Shown here: positions 27,951 to 37,828 of the stretch, in pieces
Numbering within the stretch: the first letter of the stretch is position 1
How the letters are laid out: the number at the start of each line of letters is the position of its first letter
Assembly: GCA_965209055.1 (NCBI GenBank)
Contig: OZ242374.1
Location: 3,872,001 to 3,936,000 of the forward strand
Reading direction: 5' to 3'
DNA: 64,000 nt
From: Acidobacteriota bacterium
GTDB taxonomy: Bacteria > Acidobacteriota > UBA6911 > RPQK01 > JAJDTT01
Made by a program: the position numbers and the translations under genes
Notes under the pieces: model-generated
The model's input: only the letters and a program-made list of their open reading frames with translations
What the model was told of the DNA's origin: nothing
The model's database searches: none

Positions 27951-29317
27951 GGACGGGACGCGCCGTTGCAATGAGGGAGGGCGTTATGGCGGGACAGATC
28001 TCCAAATTGAAGGAGGTTGGCGGGATCGGAATCTTGGTTCTCATGTTCGTTCTGGCTTCGGTGGGAACGTTCGTTGGAGCGGGCTCCGGGGATTTTCGGG
28101 CCTCCTGTGTCAAGGTGGATATCACTCCGGAAACGCCTCAGTGGCTGTTGGGCTACGGTCCGAGACGGTCCGAGGGCGTCCACGACCGCCTCTATCATCG
28201 AATTGCCGCGATGGATGACGGGAAGATGCAGTTCTTCCTGGTCTCCTCGGATCTGGCCGCCATTTCTCCGGCGTTCTACGAGCAGTTTTGCAGGGAGTTG
28301 GAACAGGAGACGGGGATCAGGTCCGAGCAGGTGTGGTGGACCCTGACTCACACCCACTCGGCTCCGGAAGTGGGCTCTCCGGGAATCGTCAAGATCATGC
28401 TGCCCAACCGGTACTTGCACGAGCCCAACCCTGAGTATTCCGAGTGGGTGAAAGCCCGATTAATCGAGGGGGTTCGGGAAGCCCGCTCCAAACTGGAACC
28501 GGCGCGTCTGGCAGTGACGACCGGTTACTCGACGGCGAACATCAACCGGCGCGCCATCGACGTTGACGGGAGCGCCTCATTGGGAATGAACCCGGACGGA
28601 CCGGTGGACCGTCAGATCGGGCTGATCCGGCTGGACCGGCCGGACGGTTCGCCGCTGGGTCTGATTGCCGTCTACGCCATGCACGGGACCGTTCTCGGGT
28701 CCGAAAATCTCCTGATCAGCGGAGATGCCCAGGGGATCGTGGCCGAGTACGTGGAGGAAAAGCTGGGCGCCCCGATGCTGTACGTCAACGGCGCGGCCGG
28801 GAATATCGCTCCCATCTACAGCACGCGTCCGAATTTCAAGAGAGGTCACATCACCCAGTTCAACGTGTTGCTGGGGGACCGGATCCTGCAGGCCAACCGC
28901 TCGCTGAAGAGCGGCACTTCAAAGGTGGTCCTGTGGACTGGAGAGACTGTCATCGAGAGTCCCCGCAAGGAAGGATTCGGATGGGTCGAGGAGCTGGCCC
29001 ATTACCTTCGGGTGACGGAGACCGGAGCGAGCCTGGTTCGCGTGCCGGTGCGCTTCCTGAAGATCAACCGGGATCTCGTCATCTGGTCGGCACCGGTCGA
29101 GCTGTTCTGTGAGATCGCCATCAACGTCCGCAACCATTCGCCTTTTCCCTACACGTTTTTTGCCGGCTATACGAATGGTTTCTTGGGGTACCTGCCCACC
29201 CGGCAGGCATTCTCGGAAGGGGGTTATGAACCGGGCCACGTCACTCCCTTCACCGAGCAGGTCGAGGACGACTTCACGCAGGGGGTGAGCACCTTTATTC
29301 AGGGGATGCCCCGGTAG
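27947..29317 (+). CDS. Neutral/alkaline ceramidase N-terminal-like protein
   Basis: VDITP, GVHDRL, THTHSAP, NINRR, YAMHGT, GAAGNI and GYTNG. Confidence 0.8.
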   Translation: MRTGRAVAMREGVMAGQISKLKEVGGIGILVLMFVLASVGTFVGAGSGDFRASCVKVDITPETPQWLLGYGPRRSEGVHDRLYHRIAAMDDGKMQFFLVSSDLAAISPAFYEQFCRELEQETGIRSEQVWWTLTHTHSAPEVGSPGIVKIMLPNRYLHEPNPEYSEWVKARLIEGVREARSKLEPARLAVTTGYSTANINRRAIDVDGSASLGMNPDGPVDRQIGLIRLDRPDGSPLGLIAVYAMHGTVLGSENLLISGDAQGIVAEYVEEKLGAPMLYVNGAAGNIAPIYSTRPNFKRGHITQFNVLLGDRILQANRSLKSGTSKVVLWTGETVIESPRKEGFGWVEELAHYLRVTETGASLVRVPVRFLKINRDLVIWSAPVELFCEIAINVRNHSPFPYTFFAGYTNGFLGYLPTRQAFSEGGYEPGHVTPFTEQVEDDFTQGVSTFIQGMPR

Positions 29318-29436
29318 CCGCTCCCGGACGCCACCACGGCGATGGTTGGATTGCAGGACAGCCGTTTCGGTGTCCGCAGGTGTTGCAGGCGTGAGAAAGA
29401 CGAACCAAACGAGTACAATCCGCACTTGGAGGAGCG

Positions 29437-30423
29437 TTGATGTCAGGAAGAATCGTCTATTTCAACGGTGACTTCGTCTCCGAATCCGAGGCCCGGGTCT
29501 CCATATTCGACTCGTCCCTCATGTTCGGAGACATGGCCTTCGAGGTGGCGCGGACGTTCGGGGGGAAGCCTTTTCGCCTGGAGCATCACCTGGATCGCCT
29601 TTATGCGTCGCTTCGTCTGCTGGAGATCGATCCCGGCATGACCGCGCAGGAGATGTACGATCTCACCTTGGAGACTCTGGAGCGGAACGTTCCCACCGAG
29701 CCCCCCGGCATGGACTGGCAGATCATGCATGACGTGTCCCGGGGGCCGCTGTCGTTGTACCGGAGCGCATTTCCCGAGGGTGTGCAGCCCACCGTCTCCA
29801 TCAACTGCTGGCCCTTGGTCACCCACATGGGGCACTTTGCACCGAACTACGAATCCGGCGTGGACGTGGTCATCGCGTCCCAGCAGGCGTTGCCGGCGCA
29901 ACTGGTGGACGCCAAGGCCAAGACCCGCAGCCGCCTGCACTACCAGATGGCCGTGCTGCAGGGGGCTCGGATGGGGAAGAACAAGTGGCCGGTCCTCATG
30001 GACCCGGACGGGTTCCTGGCCGAAGGCCCCGGCTGGAACATTTTCCTGGTTCGGGACGGCGTGCTTCTGACGCCGGAGGGGCGGAACATTCTGTTGGGAG
30101 TCTCCCGGGCAACCATTATCGATCTGGCGAACGAGTTGGGGATTCCGGTGCAGGAGGCGAATCTGGGCCGTTACGAGGCCTTGCAGGCCGACGAGGTTTT
30201 TTGCACGGCGACCACCTACTCCCTGGTCCACGCGGCCAGTTTCGAGGGACAGACGGTGGGGAATGGGCGGCCGGGCCCCGTTTTTCGCCGGCTGACCGAG
30301 GCGTGGATGCGCTTGGCCGGGTTGGATTTTGTCGCGCAGGCGCATGAGTATGCCCGGCAGCTTCCGGCGTGGGAGGAGGCGGAGATCAGGGCAGTCCGGG
30401 GAGTGGAACCGGTTCACGCCTGA
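29437..30423 (+). CDS. Class IV aminotransferase (branched-chain/D-amino acid type)
   Basis: FGDMAFE, HLDRL, AKAK, AEGPGWNIF, ILLGVSR and ADEVF. Confidence 0.9.
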   Translation: MMSGRIVYFNGDFVSESEARVSIFDSSLMFGDMAFEVARTFGGKPFRLEHHLDRLYASLRLLEIDPGMTAQEMYDLTLETLERNVPTEPPGMDWQIMHDVSRGPLSLYRSAFPEGVQPTVSINCWPLVTHMGHFAPNYESGVDVVIASQQALPAQLVDAKAKTRSRLHYQMAVLQGARMGKNKWPVLMDPDGFLAEGPGWNIFLVRDGVLLTPEGRNILLGVSRATIIDLANELGIPVQEANLGRYEALQADEVFCTATTYSLVHAASFEGQTVGNGRPGPVFRRLTEAWMRLAGLDFVAQAHEYARQLPAWEEAEIRAVRGVEPVHA

Positions 30424-30444
30424 CAGGAGCGGGGGTTGTTAACC

Positions 30445-31803
30445 CATAAGCGCTAACTTGTTTAATGGTCCATAAAATATCTGCAGACTTGACTGAACCT
30501 TTTTCGGGGAGGTTCTGCCAAGGACGCCGAGATTTCGTGCCATTCGTCGACCATGCGGGTCAGGGAATACGCCGGCTCAATGGCTCGCGTGACCTGGTTC
30601 AAAGCGAATTTGAACTCACGCCACGGGCTGCGAGTCCGGTCGGATCGCGACATCGTATCCCCAGGGGGAAATGGTTCGCGCATGGCGGAGCACCTTTTCG
30701 ACCAGGAGCGCCACCAACAGCTTGCCGTACAACCAAGCCTGGGCACTTGCCTCATCGTGCTTCGGGAGGTGGCCGAGTTGGGCCAGGGACTTGAAGCGCT
30801 TGAAGACCAGCTCAACTTGCCAGCGCAGGCGGTACCACTCCAGCACCTCGGCGGCTGGGAACTCCTCGGCTGGGTAGGTGGTGAAAACGATGACGTAGCG
30901 CGCGAACCGCAGAGTTTCCGGCTGCACCCGTTTGCCCTTGCGCCGAGCCGTCCGGCGGATCTTTCGATGCGCGACTTCAATGGCCTCGTCGGTCTTGCGC
31001 ACCGCGCAGATGCGGCCCACTACGGGGGGGCCGGCCCGAGCGACGGTGCGGACCCTCCAACTGCCGACCGGCCCCGGTCGGAGTAGCGTTTCCACCGATG
31101 TGAGCAGGTCGAACCTCCGGCCAGCCTCGGTTTCCAGCAACAGCGATCGGGTGTTCACGCGCACCGTCACGTACCCTCCGCCTGCCGCGACGTGCTGAAT
31201 CCCGATCGCCGTCGAGTAACCGCGGTCGCCCAGCACGTAATCGCCCGGCCGAATCGGGAAATGGGTGAACGACTCGCCGGTGCCGCGCCCCTTGGTCGCG
31301 GTTAGCTTGAAGAAATCGCAGCCGAGCGACGGGAGGTTCACACTGTAGTGAAGGCGCCACAGCGACCCGGTCCGTCCCGGCTCGTGCACCGTCGTCCCAT
31401 CGAACGCCCGCACTTGCAAGCCGCCACTGTTCGAAACCACGAGACCATGCTCCCGGAACAGTTCCACGCACAGCGCGTAGAGCCAGTCGCGGGATTTCCT
31501 CAGCCGCTTGAGCAGCGCCACGTCGGATAAATCGGCCAAGTTCGCTTGCCGAGCCCGCACGACGGTTTCGCGCAAGGAATGCCCGCAGCCGAGATGGATC
31601 AGCAGGGTCCGCAACAGGTTTTCCGGTGACTTGTCCTTGCGCAGGCCCTTCAAGGCCCCGGTCGAAGCCGCCAACTCCCGCCAATTGTCGGGGAAAAACG
31701 ACATCAGCAAGTCCCAGTCCTCATTCGCAGCCGCCTTGACTACCGTTCTGCTCATGCCCACACTATACAAGATAGCGGTTAGGCAAACAAGTTAGCGCTT
31801 ATG
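30445..31803 (-). mobile_element. IS4-family insertion sequence, IS186/IS231-like
   Basis: 19-bp TIRs CATAAGCGCTAACTTGTTT / AAACAAGTTAGCGCTTATG. An 11-bp TSD GGTTGTTAACC lies at 30434-30444 and 31804-31814 (boundary ambiguous by 1-2 nt). Confidence 0.92.
30616..31755 (-). CDS. IS4-family DDE transposase
   Basis: AFDGT, GDRGY and the YREK motif YRLRWQVELVFK. Confidence 0.93.
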   Translation of the reverse strand: MSRTVVKAAANEDWDLLMSFFPDNWRELAASTGALKGLRKDKSPENLLRTLLIHLGCGHSLRETVVRARQANLADLSDVALLKRLRKSRDWLYALCVELFREHGLVVSNSGGLQVRAFDGTTVHEPGRTGSLWRLHYSVNLPSLGCDFFKLTATKGRGTGESFTHFPIRPGDYVLGDRGYSTAIGIQHVAAGGGYVTVRVNTRSLLLETEAGRRFDLLTSVETLLRPGPVGSWRVRTVARAGPPVVGRICAVRKTDEAIEVAHRKIRRTARRKGKRVQPETLRFARYVIVFTTYPAEEFPAAEVLEWYRLRWQVELVFKRFKSLAQLGHLPKHDEASAQAWLYGKLLVALLVEKVLRHARTISPWGYDVAIRPDSQPVA

Positions 31804-31832
31804 GGTTGTTAACCCCCGCGTCCGCGGAGCAG

Positions 31833-31923
31833 TGGGGGACTAACAGTCCCCTCCTACCCCTACAGCACGACGCGGATCTTTCGGGCGACTCGCACGAGGG
31901 GACAAGACTGTCCCCTCTCCTAC
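31833..31923 (-). repeat. Two GTAG-type REP palindromes
   Basis: On the minus strand: GTAGGAGGGGACTGTTAGTCCCC and GTAGGAGAGGGGACAGTCTTGTCCCCTC. Confidence 0.7.
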
Positions 31924-31958
31924 CGCGACCTGTGCAATTTTAAACGGCCATTGACACG

Positions 31959-32105
31959 CCCGTGTTTCGGCGCCTCACCGAGGCGTGGATGCGCTTGGCC
32001 GGGTTGGATTTTGTCGCGCAGGCGCATGAGTATGCCCGGCGGCTTCCGGCGTGGGAAGAGGCGGAGATCAGGGCGGTCCGGGGAGTGGAACCGGTTCACG
32101 CCTGA
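31959..32105 (+). repeat. 147-bp second copy of the aminotransferase 3' end (30277-30423)
   Basis: Ungapped match with 7 substitutions, 6 of them synonymous. Confidence 0.92.
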
Positions 32106-32369
32106 TGGGAGGGGGGGCCTACCTCCGCAGCAACGAGGAAGCGGGAAGACGGGGGGACTAACAGTCCCAACTGTCCCAAAGTCAAAGACTACCGAACATT
32201 AACGTTTACAGTGATTTACCGGGTTCTTCGCCGAATCGGTAAGGTGGTTGACTCCCTATGTTTGACATGCTGAACAGGCAACAGACAGGCAGCCGAATCG
32301 GCTCCTGAAAGCCGGCGCGCCCTTTTTCTCCCTTCCGTATCAACTGCCCCAAGTGCGGCTCCGTGAACG

Positions 32370-32639
32370 TCAACGCTGCTTCGCGTCGGCAATTGCACTC
32401 GATATGTGGTCCACCATCCTCTGCGCAAATTCCAGACCGACAACTGCTTCTTGGTGAATGGTTGGCCCGTTACCCGGAGGCGGTGGTCCGAGTCGTCGGA
32501 ACTGAAACCACAACCTCGGTTTGGGAACCAGTCCCCGACCCGGAACGTCCACGAGAACGACTTGGGAAGCTAATCCGTCCCACGCCGCAATTTGTTGAAG
32601 GCGTTCGGGCGGAATTGTTTCGCGGGCTGGGTTCATCAT
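32370..32639 (-). CDS. Small hypothetical protein
   Basis: 89-aa ORF with a strong TAAGGAG RBS; no recognised motif. Confidence 0.5.
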   Translation of the reverse strand: MMNPARETIPPERLQQIAAWDGLASQVVLVDVPGRGLVPKPRLWFQFRRLGPPPPGNGPTIHQEAVVGLEFAQRMVDHISSAIADAKQR

Positions 32640-33094
32640 TAGGGTTACTCCTTACTCGGTTGCACCACTGAGTTGAGTGGTCGTTACTGAGCACCTTCGA
32701 GACACCGTAGCACGTCGAGGGGGTCCACTCCACGCTCACGTAGCTCCCATCCGATGTCGTAGAGCATTCCGAGGGTGACGGCGGATGAACAAGTCCGTAG
32801 ACCCCTTCGGACGGGACGGCATTCCCGAGAATCAGCATCCCCGGCAAGTGCCCTATGGCGCAGTGGGGAGGACCCGGCGCTACTTGGCGTTCAAACTGCA
32901 GATTGCCGTCGAGGACGGCAGGGCCACCCTCGTCTGTGTCGCTCCGGAGCCGGTGGTCACCAAGGGTCTGCGCTCCTGGATGGCGGCGCACCGGCGGTGG
33001 AGGATCGCTCCGTGTCAGTTGTGATCGAGATGACCACTCTCGACCGCCGCAAAGGTTTTTGGTGACTCGTTTCGGGCGTGCGTCAAGAGGGTCT

Positions 33095-33370
33095 CGCGCC
33101 CGATCCGGGATGTGAATGGGACAAAGGGGGTGGATTCACAAAAAGCGGTCCCGGTGACTCACAAATGCACTCTCCCCGATCTTTTTTCCTTTCAGTCAGT
33201 TACGGCCCCATTCCCGGCCACCGGGTGGCCGCACGGGGAAAATGGAGGTGGACGGGAGCGACCCCCCCTTTTTGCTGCCCGGTGCGGGCGCGGGGGTGTG
33301 GCGCAATTCACATTTGCGCCACACCCCCTGGGGGGTCGCTCCCGTCGCATTATCCCTTGGCGGGAAGGCC
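33095..33370 (+). repeat. 276-bp structured repeat, copy 1 (inverted partner at 46463-46738)
   Basis: Aligns with the reverse complement of 46463-46738. Nested stems at 33251-33267/33330-33346 and 33292-33306/33314-33328. Confidence 0.85.
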
Positions 33371-33430
33371 TGAAATGTCACCTGTTGCCAGGAATGCCTG
33401 GTAACACTTGGGATAGACTCCATCGGAAAA

Positions 33431-33988
33431 GTGCCCGAGAGTCTGAACGTCCTGCACAACCCGGCTCTCAAGCCGGAAGTCACGGACTGCGCCCTCCTGG
33501 AGGGCAACCTGGAAGAGTGGATCGTCTGCTGTTCGCAGCGATTCTTCCCGTTGGCCCGGAGAATTGCCAGAGACGACAGTCTCGCCGAGGACGCGCTTCA
33601 GACCAGTTGGATCAAGATCCTCCAATCCATCAACCACGCTTATTTCAACGGTCCCAGGGCCTGCCCCTGGGTGACCCGGATTGTCGCCAACACGGCTAAG
33701 GATGTTCGCCGGCGACGGCGTCGCCGGAGAGAGGTTGCCTTCTTTGAAGCCGAAGCTCCGGGTCGGACCCCTGAGGAACTGGTCCAAGAGAAGCAGATGT
33801 TGGTCCTGCTGCGGGAAATGGTGGCGCTCCTCCCGGACACCTACCGCCAAGTGATCGAGTTGCGTGTGTATAAAGGATTCTCCACACGGCAGACAGCAGA
33901 CCTGCTCCATGTCTCCCGCTCGGATGTCTCGACCCGGTTGCATCGTGCCACCAAGCTGCTCCAGCAACGCATCGACGCCCGCCTTTAG
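33431..33988 (+). CDS. ECF sigma factor (orphan)
   Basis: Region 2 AEDALQ and WVTRIVANTAKD. Region 4 LPDTYRQVIEL...TRLHRA. Confidence 0.85.
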   Translation: MPESLNVLHNPALKPEVTDCALLEGNLEEWIVCCSQRFFPLARRIARDDSLAEDALQTSWIKILQSINHAYFNGPRACPWVTRIVANTAKDVRRRRRRRREVAFFEAEAPGRTPEELVQEKQMLVLLREMVALLPDTYRQVIELRVYKGFSTRQTADLLHVSRSDVSTRLHRATKLLQQRIDARL

Positions 33989-34542
33989 CCTGTCCTACCC
34001 AGAAGCTCCACGACCAACGGATAGCCTCAGTTAAGCGCCCCTTTCCTGTCCCTTCGACGATCCCGACCGGGGACCTTTTCTCCCGATGGGAAAAAAGACT
34101 GTGACCGATTCCGATTTCAGACGTTGTACTGAATAGAGGGGAAAATCCCAAGGCGTCAGGACACCGATGATGCGGGTGAATGACCACGGAGGCGAAAACA
34201 GAAGGGAAATCCCATGCAAGACATAAGTGTTTCTCTTACCGTTGAGGATGATTGTCAGGCGAACAAGCTAGGAGCAATGGCGGGGGCCGTGACTCTGCCC
34301 TATCTCCCTGACTCAGGCCTGTTCCGCACGATGCGGCACCCCCGCCAGACAGGCAAGAGTACCACCGCGTTGACAGCAATACGCCACGCTCCGAGGCTCT
34401 AGGATTGGACGGTGTTCGAAATCTACAATGATCCTGTTCGATATCCAGAACCCAGGTGGAAAAGCCCACGGATTAGGGTGCTGGGCGTCGTTCTTTGGGC
34501 GATCACCGCGGGCATCCAAGCGTTCCTCTACTGGTACTTCGG

Positions 34543-34956
34543 ATGAGCAAGCTGTCCAAGATCCTCTCCCCCGGCGTCGGATTCGTTGTGTGGATGGCCT
34601 TGCTTGTTTGCCTGTTCCTCTGGCACGATGTCGTGATCAACATTCCTGAGTCCTCTGTCTGGCACCAGCCGGTTCACCTTGTATCAAACCTCATCGTCGC
34701 GGCAATGGCGATACTCGTAAGCTTGGAAATCTCCAAGTTCAGGGAAAAGGCCAAGCCCCAGTCGGAGTGGGACACTTGGCATGGAGTGATTGCGATTTCT
34801 CTAGGAATCGCGTCTGCGGTGATCTACTGCGCGGCAGAGGTCGTTTTTGATTTCCGCGCTGGCCATTGGGCAGGAGCCGTGGCCTTTGGAGTGCCTGTGA
34901 TTCTGTACTGTATCTATATCGGTCGCAAGCAGAAGCAGCGATGCAGGCGAGTATGA
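34543..34956 (+). CDS. Small 4-TM membrane protein
   Basis: Four hydrophobic segments and a basic C-tail. ATGA overlap with an upstream gene remnant. Confidence 0.55.
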   Translation: MSKLSKILSPGVGFVVWMALLVCLFLWHDVVINIPESSVWHQPVHLVSNLIVAAMAILVSLEISKFREKAKPQSEWDTWHGVIAISLGIASAVIYCAAEVVFDFRAGHWAGAVAFGVPVILYCIYIGRKQKQRCRRV

Positions 34957-35395
34957 TGCAATGGCGGTCAGGTTACGATAACAATCTGTGCAACCCGCCG
35001 CTACCCTTCCGGCTTGCCATTGACCCTTCCCTCTTCATATCCCCTATTCCGTAGGGAATCCGACCTGTCCCCGTGGACGTTGGCAGATGCGCGGACAATT
35101 TTTCCGAGGTGTCGACACCGGGTCCGCAATCGTTTCGGTCGTCACCATGGCAGGGAGTATCACACAGGTGATGAGAGGTGGAAACCAAACGTAGACCATA
35201 AGTGACTGATTTTATGGGGATAGATATCTCCTGACCATTTAAGTTGCCCCCACAGATGCCCTCAGTCATTGAAATGTCCCGACTCGCCTCGGTACGTAAA
35301 GCAGCCCACTAGGCCGACTGGGTCTCAGCTTGCTTAAAAACAGTCCGTGTCGCCTCTTCTTGTCGATCCGGCGGAGAACCATGTTCCGGAAGGCT

Positions 35396-36313
35396 CGCTC
35401 AACGAAGGCCGGAGCGCAAACCTCGGCGACACTTCCATCGGCAATCAGATCCCCGAGCGCAATCTGCTGCGCTCAACGAAGGCCAAGGCCCAAACCCCGG
35501 CGACACGCCCGCGGTGGGTGGGGCAATGCTGCTACGGGCAAGTACCCGCTCAACGAAGGCCGGAGCGTAAACTCCGGCGACACGCGTAGAGAACGCCTGG
35601 CCGATGTCGGCCACGATGTCCGCTCAACCAAGGCCGGAGCGTAAACTCCGGCGACACGTCAATCGTGAGCGGCACGCCGCGCAGGGAGCGAAGGCGCTCA
35701 ACCAAGGCCGGAGCGTAAACTCCGGCGACACTCGCGCCGGCGTGAGTTTCAACGACCAGGCGGGGCCACGCTCAACCAAGGCCGGAGCGTAAACTCCGGC
35801 GACACCCGTTCAGTTCGCACCAGGTGCCCCAAATCTGGTCCGCTCAACCAAGGCCGGAGCGTAAACTCCGGCGACACCCGCAACTTCTGGAACTGTTGTC
35901 CTGTGGCTCCAGCGCTCAACCAAGGCCGGAGCGTAAACTCCGGCGACACATGGCGGTCTCACCGTTGCTTCCGGTGGTGCCGTCCGCTCAACCAAGGCCG
36001 GAGCGTAAACTCCGGCGACACCTGCGCGTCGGCTTCGCGTCGCGGACCATCAACGCCGCTCAACCAAGGCCGGAGCGTAAACTCCGGCGACACACGGGGA
36101 CCGATTCGCAGGCCAGACTCGCATTGAGGCGCTCAACCAAGGCCGGAGCGTAAACTCCGGCGACACCTCTCGGACGCTAGCGTTGGACCAGCACGCCTTG
36201 TCCGCTCAACCAAGGCCGGAGCGTAAACTCCGGCGACACCCCGCGCGAAAGGCGCGCCGTTCATAGGCTACTACCGCGCTCAACCAAGGCCGGAGCGTAA
36301 ACTCCGGCGACAC
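35396..36313 (-). CRISPR. CRISPR array, 13 repeats / 12 spacers, type I-G-like
   Basis: 37-bp repeat GTGTCGCCGGAGTTTACGCTCCGGCCTTGGTTGAGCG (minus strand), spacers of 35-40 bp, degenerate repeats at the 35396 end. Confidence 0.98.
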
Positions 36314-36517
36314 CCCTAATCTTACAATGGACAGGGCTGGAACCAAGAGAATCGACGAAGAGCGCGCTCAGATCGAAGGAATCGATTGGGATTTTGGCCC
36401 CGTGGGGCGTCTTGGAACTCGCTGGTGGCTAGAACCAAATCACAAACGCCCTCAGGATTAGACTCATTGCACTGCACAACTGTAGTTTTGGCGGATCACC
36501 GGGGGTTCGCAAACCGC
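36314..36517 (-). promoter_or_regulatory. CRISPR leader
   Basis: Lower-GC non-coding stretch between cas2 and the conserved end of the array. Confidence 0.75.
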
Positions 36518-36808
36518 TCAGAGGACCCAAGGGTCCCCGAGTCGGTGGGGTTGGGTGCGTCCGAAACAGATGCGGGCATCGTCGAACCCGCCATTAAGTC
36601 GGTATATAATCAGGGAATCGACCTTGGGGTCCATGACGTCCTGTATCTCCCCGATCATGCGAGCCAGCCGCGAGGGAGTTTGCCTGCACTCAAACACCGA
36701 GAACTGTACTCGTTCGCCATATTTCTCGCAGATCTGGGCAACACGCTTGAGTCGCAGTGAACCATCGCCCCGAGTGTCGGCGATATCGTATGTGATGAGA
36801 AAGTCCAT
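36518..36808 (-). CDS. cas2: CRISPR-associated endonuclease Cas2
   Basis: LITYDI and GERVQFSVFEC. Confidence 0.96.
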   Translation of the reverse strand: MDFLITYDIADTRGDGSLRLKRVAQICEKYGERVQFSVFECRQTPSRLARMIGEIQDVMDPKVDSLIIYRLNGGFDDARICFGRTQPHRLGDPWVL

Positions 36809-36811
36809 GAT

Positions 36812-37828
36812 TCACGGCAGCACGAACGGGGGATAGGCTGGTAGATCTCCCCGAAGATGACGCGCCAGAAGGGTCGATTGGATGTGCGGAAGCGCCCATC
36901 GACCCACACCCCGACGGAGCACGGGATGCCGTAGCTCCGTTGCCTTGTGTTTCTCCCACGCGTGAATCAGCAACTTTCGTCCCTCGTCGTTGAGGTAGAC
37001 CGCACCACCCGGCGTCCGCACGAAATGATCTTCCCGTAGCTGCTGACGTCGGACCAGCGACACGACGAAGCGGTCCGTAAGAGGCCGTAGCTCCTCGGCA
37101 AGGTCGAGTGCGAGCGACGGCCGGCCTGATCTCGGTCGGTGAAAGAAGCCCATTTGGTAATCGAGTCCAACGCTCTCAATGGCGCCGATGAGTTCCGTCA
37201 CCAAGAGTCCATAGCAGAAGCCGAGCGCCGAGTTTACGGGATCCCGGGGCGGCCGCCTGCTCCGGGCCAGGAATTCGCAATTTGAGTCCGCCAGGACTTC
37301 GCCCACTCCGCGAAAGTAAACGCGCGCCGCATCGCCCTCAATGCCCCGGACATGGTCCGGTGTCGGGGCGTCGCTGACGCGGGGCACCCGGACCAGAAGC
37401 TGGTCGGCACGCCGGGCAAGGCTGCCAGCCAGAACCGGATCCTTTGCGTCGCGACTCCATCGGCCGAGCACTTTTCTGCTGTTTTGTAGTTTCGCCGCCA
37501 CCACCGCCTTGGAGAGTGCCACCGCTTGAACCTCGTCGCTGACGGCGCGATAAAGAGCGGCCCGCAAGTGAACGTTTCCGCCCGTCTTGTGACCGACGAC
37601 GAATCGTATGGAGCCGCTCTGGCGGAGCGCCGCTACGCGCACACCCCTCTTGGCGCACGCCTCCAAGGCTTGGGACGTGATCTGGCCGCCACCAATTAGT
37701 ACGAGCCCATCGATCCCCTCGAGCGGAACACGCTGCTTCCCGTCCGGCGTGGATACGAGCAAGGATCCGCGGCGATGGCCAACACGCGCCCGGTGATTGC
37801 GCACATACAGCGTGCTCAGGTAGCGCAT
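36812..37828 (-). CDS. cas1: CRISPR-associated endonuclease Cas1
   Basis: RGIEGDAARVYF, RPPRDPVNSAL, GFFH and SLALDLAEELRP. Confidence 0.96.
   Translation of the reverse strand: MRYLSTLYVRNHRARVGHRRGSLLVSTPDGKQRVPLEGIDGLVLIGGGQITSQALEACAKRGVRVAALRQSGSIRFVVGHKTGGNVHLRAALYRAVSDEVQAVALSKAVVAAKLQNSRKVLGRWSRDAKDPVLAGSLARRADQLLVRVPRVSDAPTPDHVRGIEGDAARVYFRGVGEVLADSNCEFLARSRRPPRDPVNSALGFCYGLLVTELIGAIESVGLDYQMGFFHRPRSGRPSLALDLAEELRPLTDRFVVSLVRRQQLREDHFVRTPGGAVYLNDEGRKLLIHAWEKHKATELRHPVLRRGVGRWALPHIQSTLLARHLRGDLPAYPPFVLP

Noticed and set aside
30277-32105. 147-bp repeat pair as a DGR template/variable repeat
   Set aside because: The substitutions are not adenine-specific and are mostly synonymous, and there is no reverse transcriptase in the window.
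32335-32372. INCPKCGSVNV zinc-ribbon-like peptide near the left island end
   Set aside because: Too short, with no clear start, and its continuation overlaps a better-supported opposite-strand ORF.
35347-35354. GTGTCGCC beyond the trailer as an anti-repeat or extra repeat
   Set aside because: Only 8 bp in GC-rich DNA, and type I systems need no tracrRNA.
35330-36153. ORFs with repeating SAQPRPERKLRRH peptides
   Set aside because: They are translations of CRISPR repeats.
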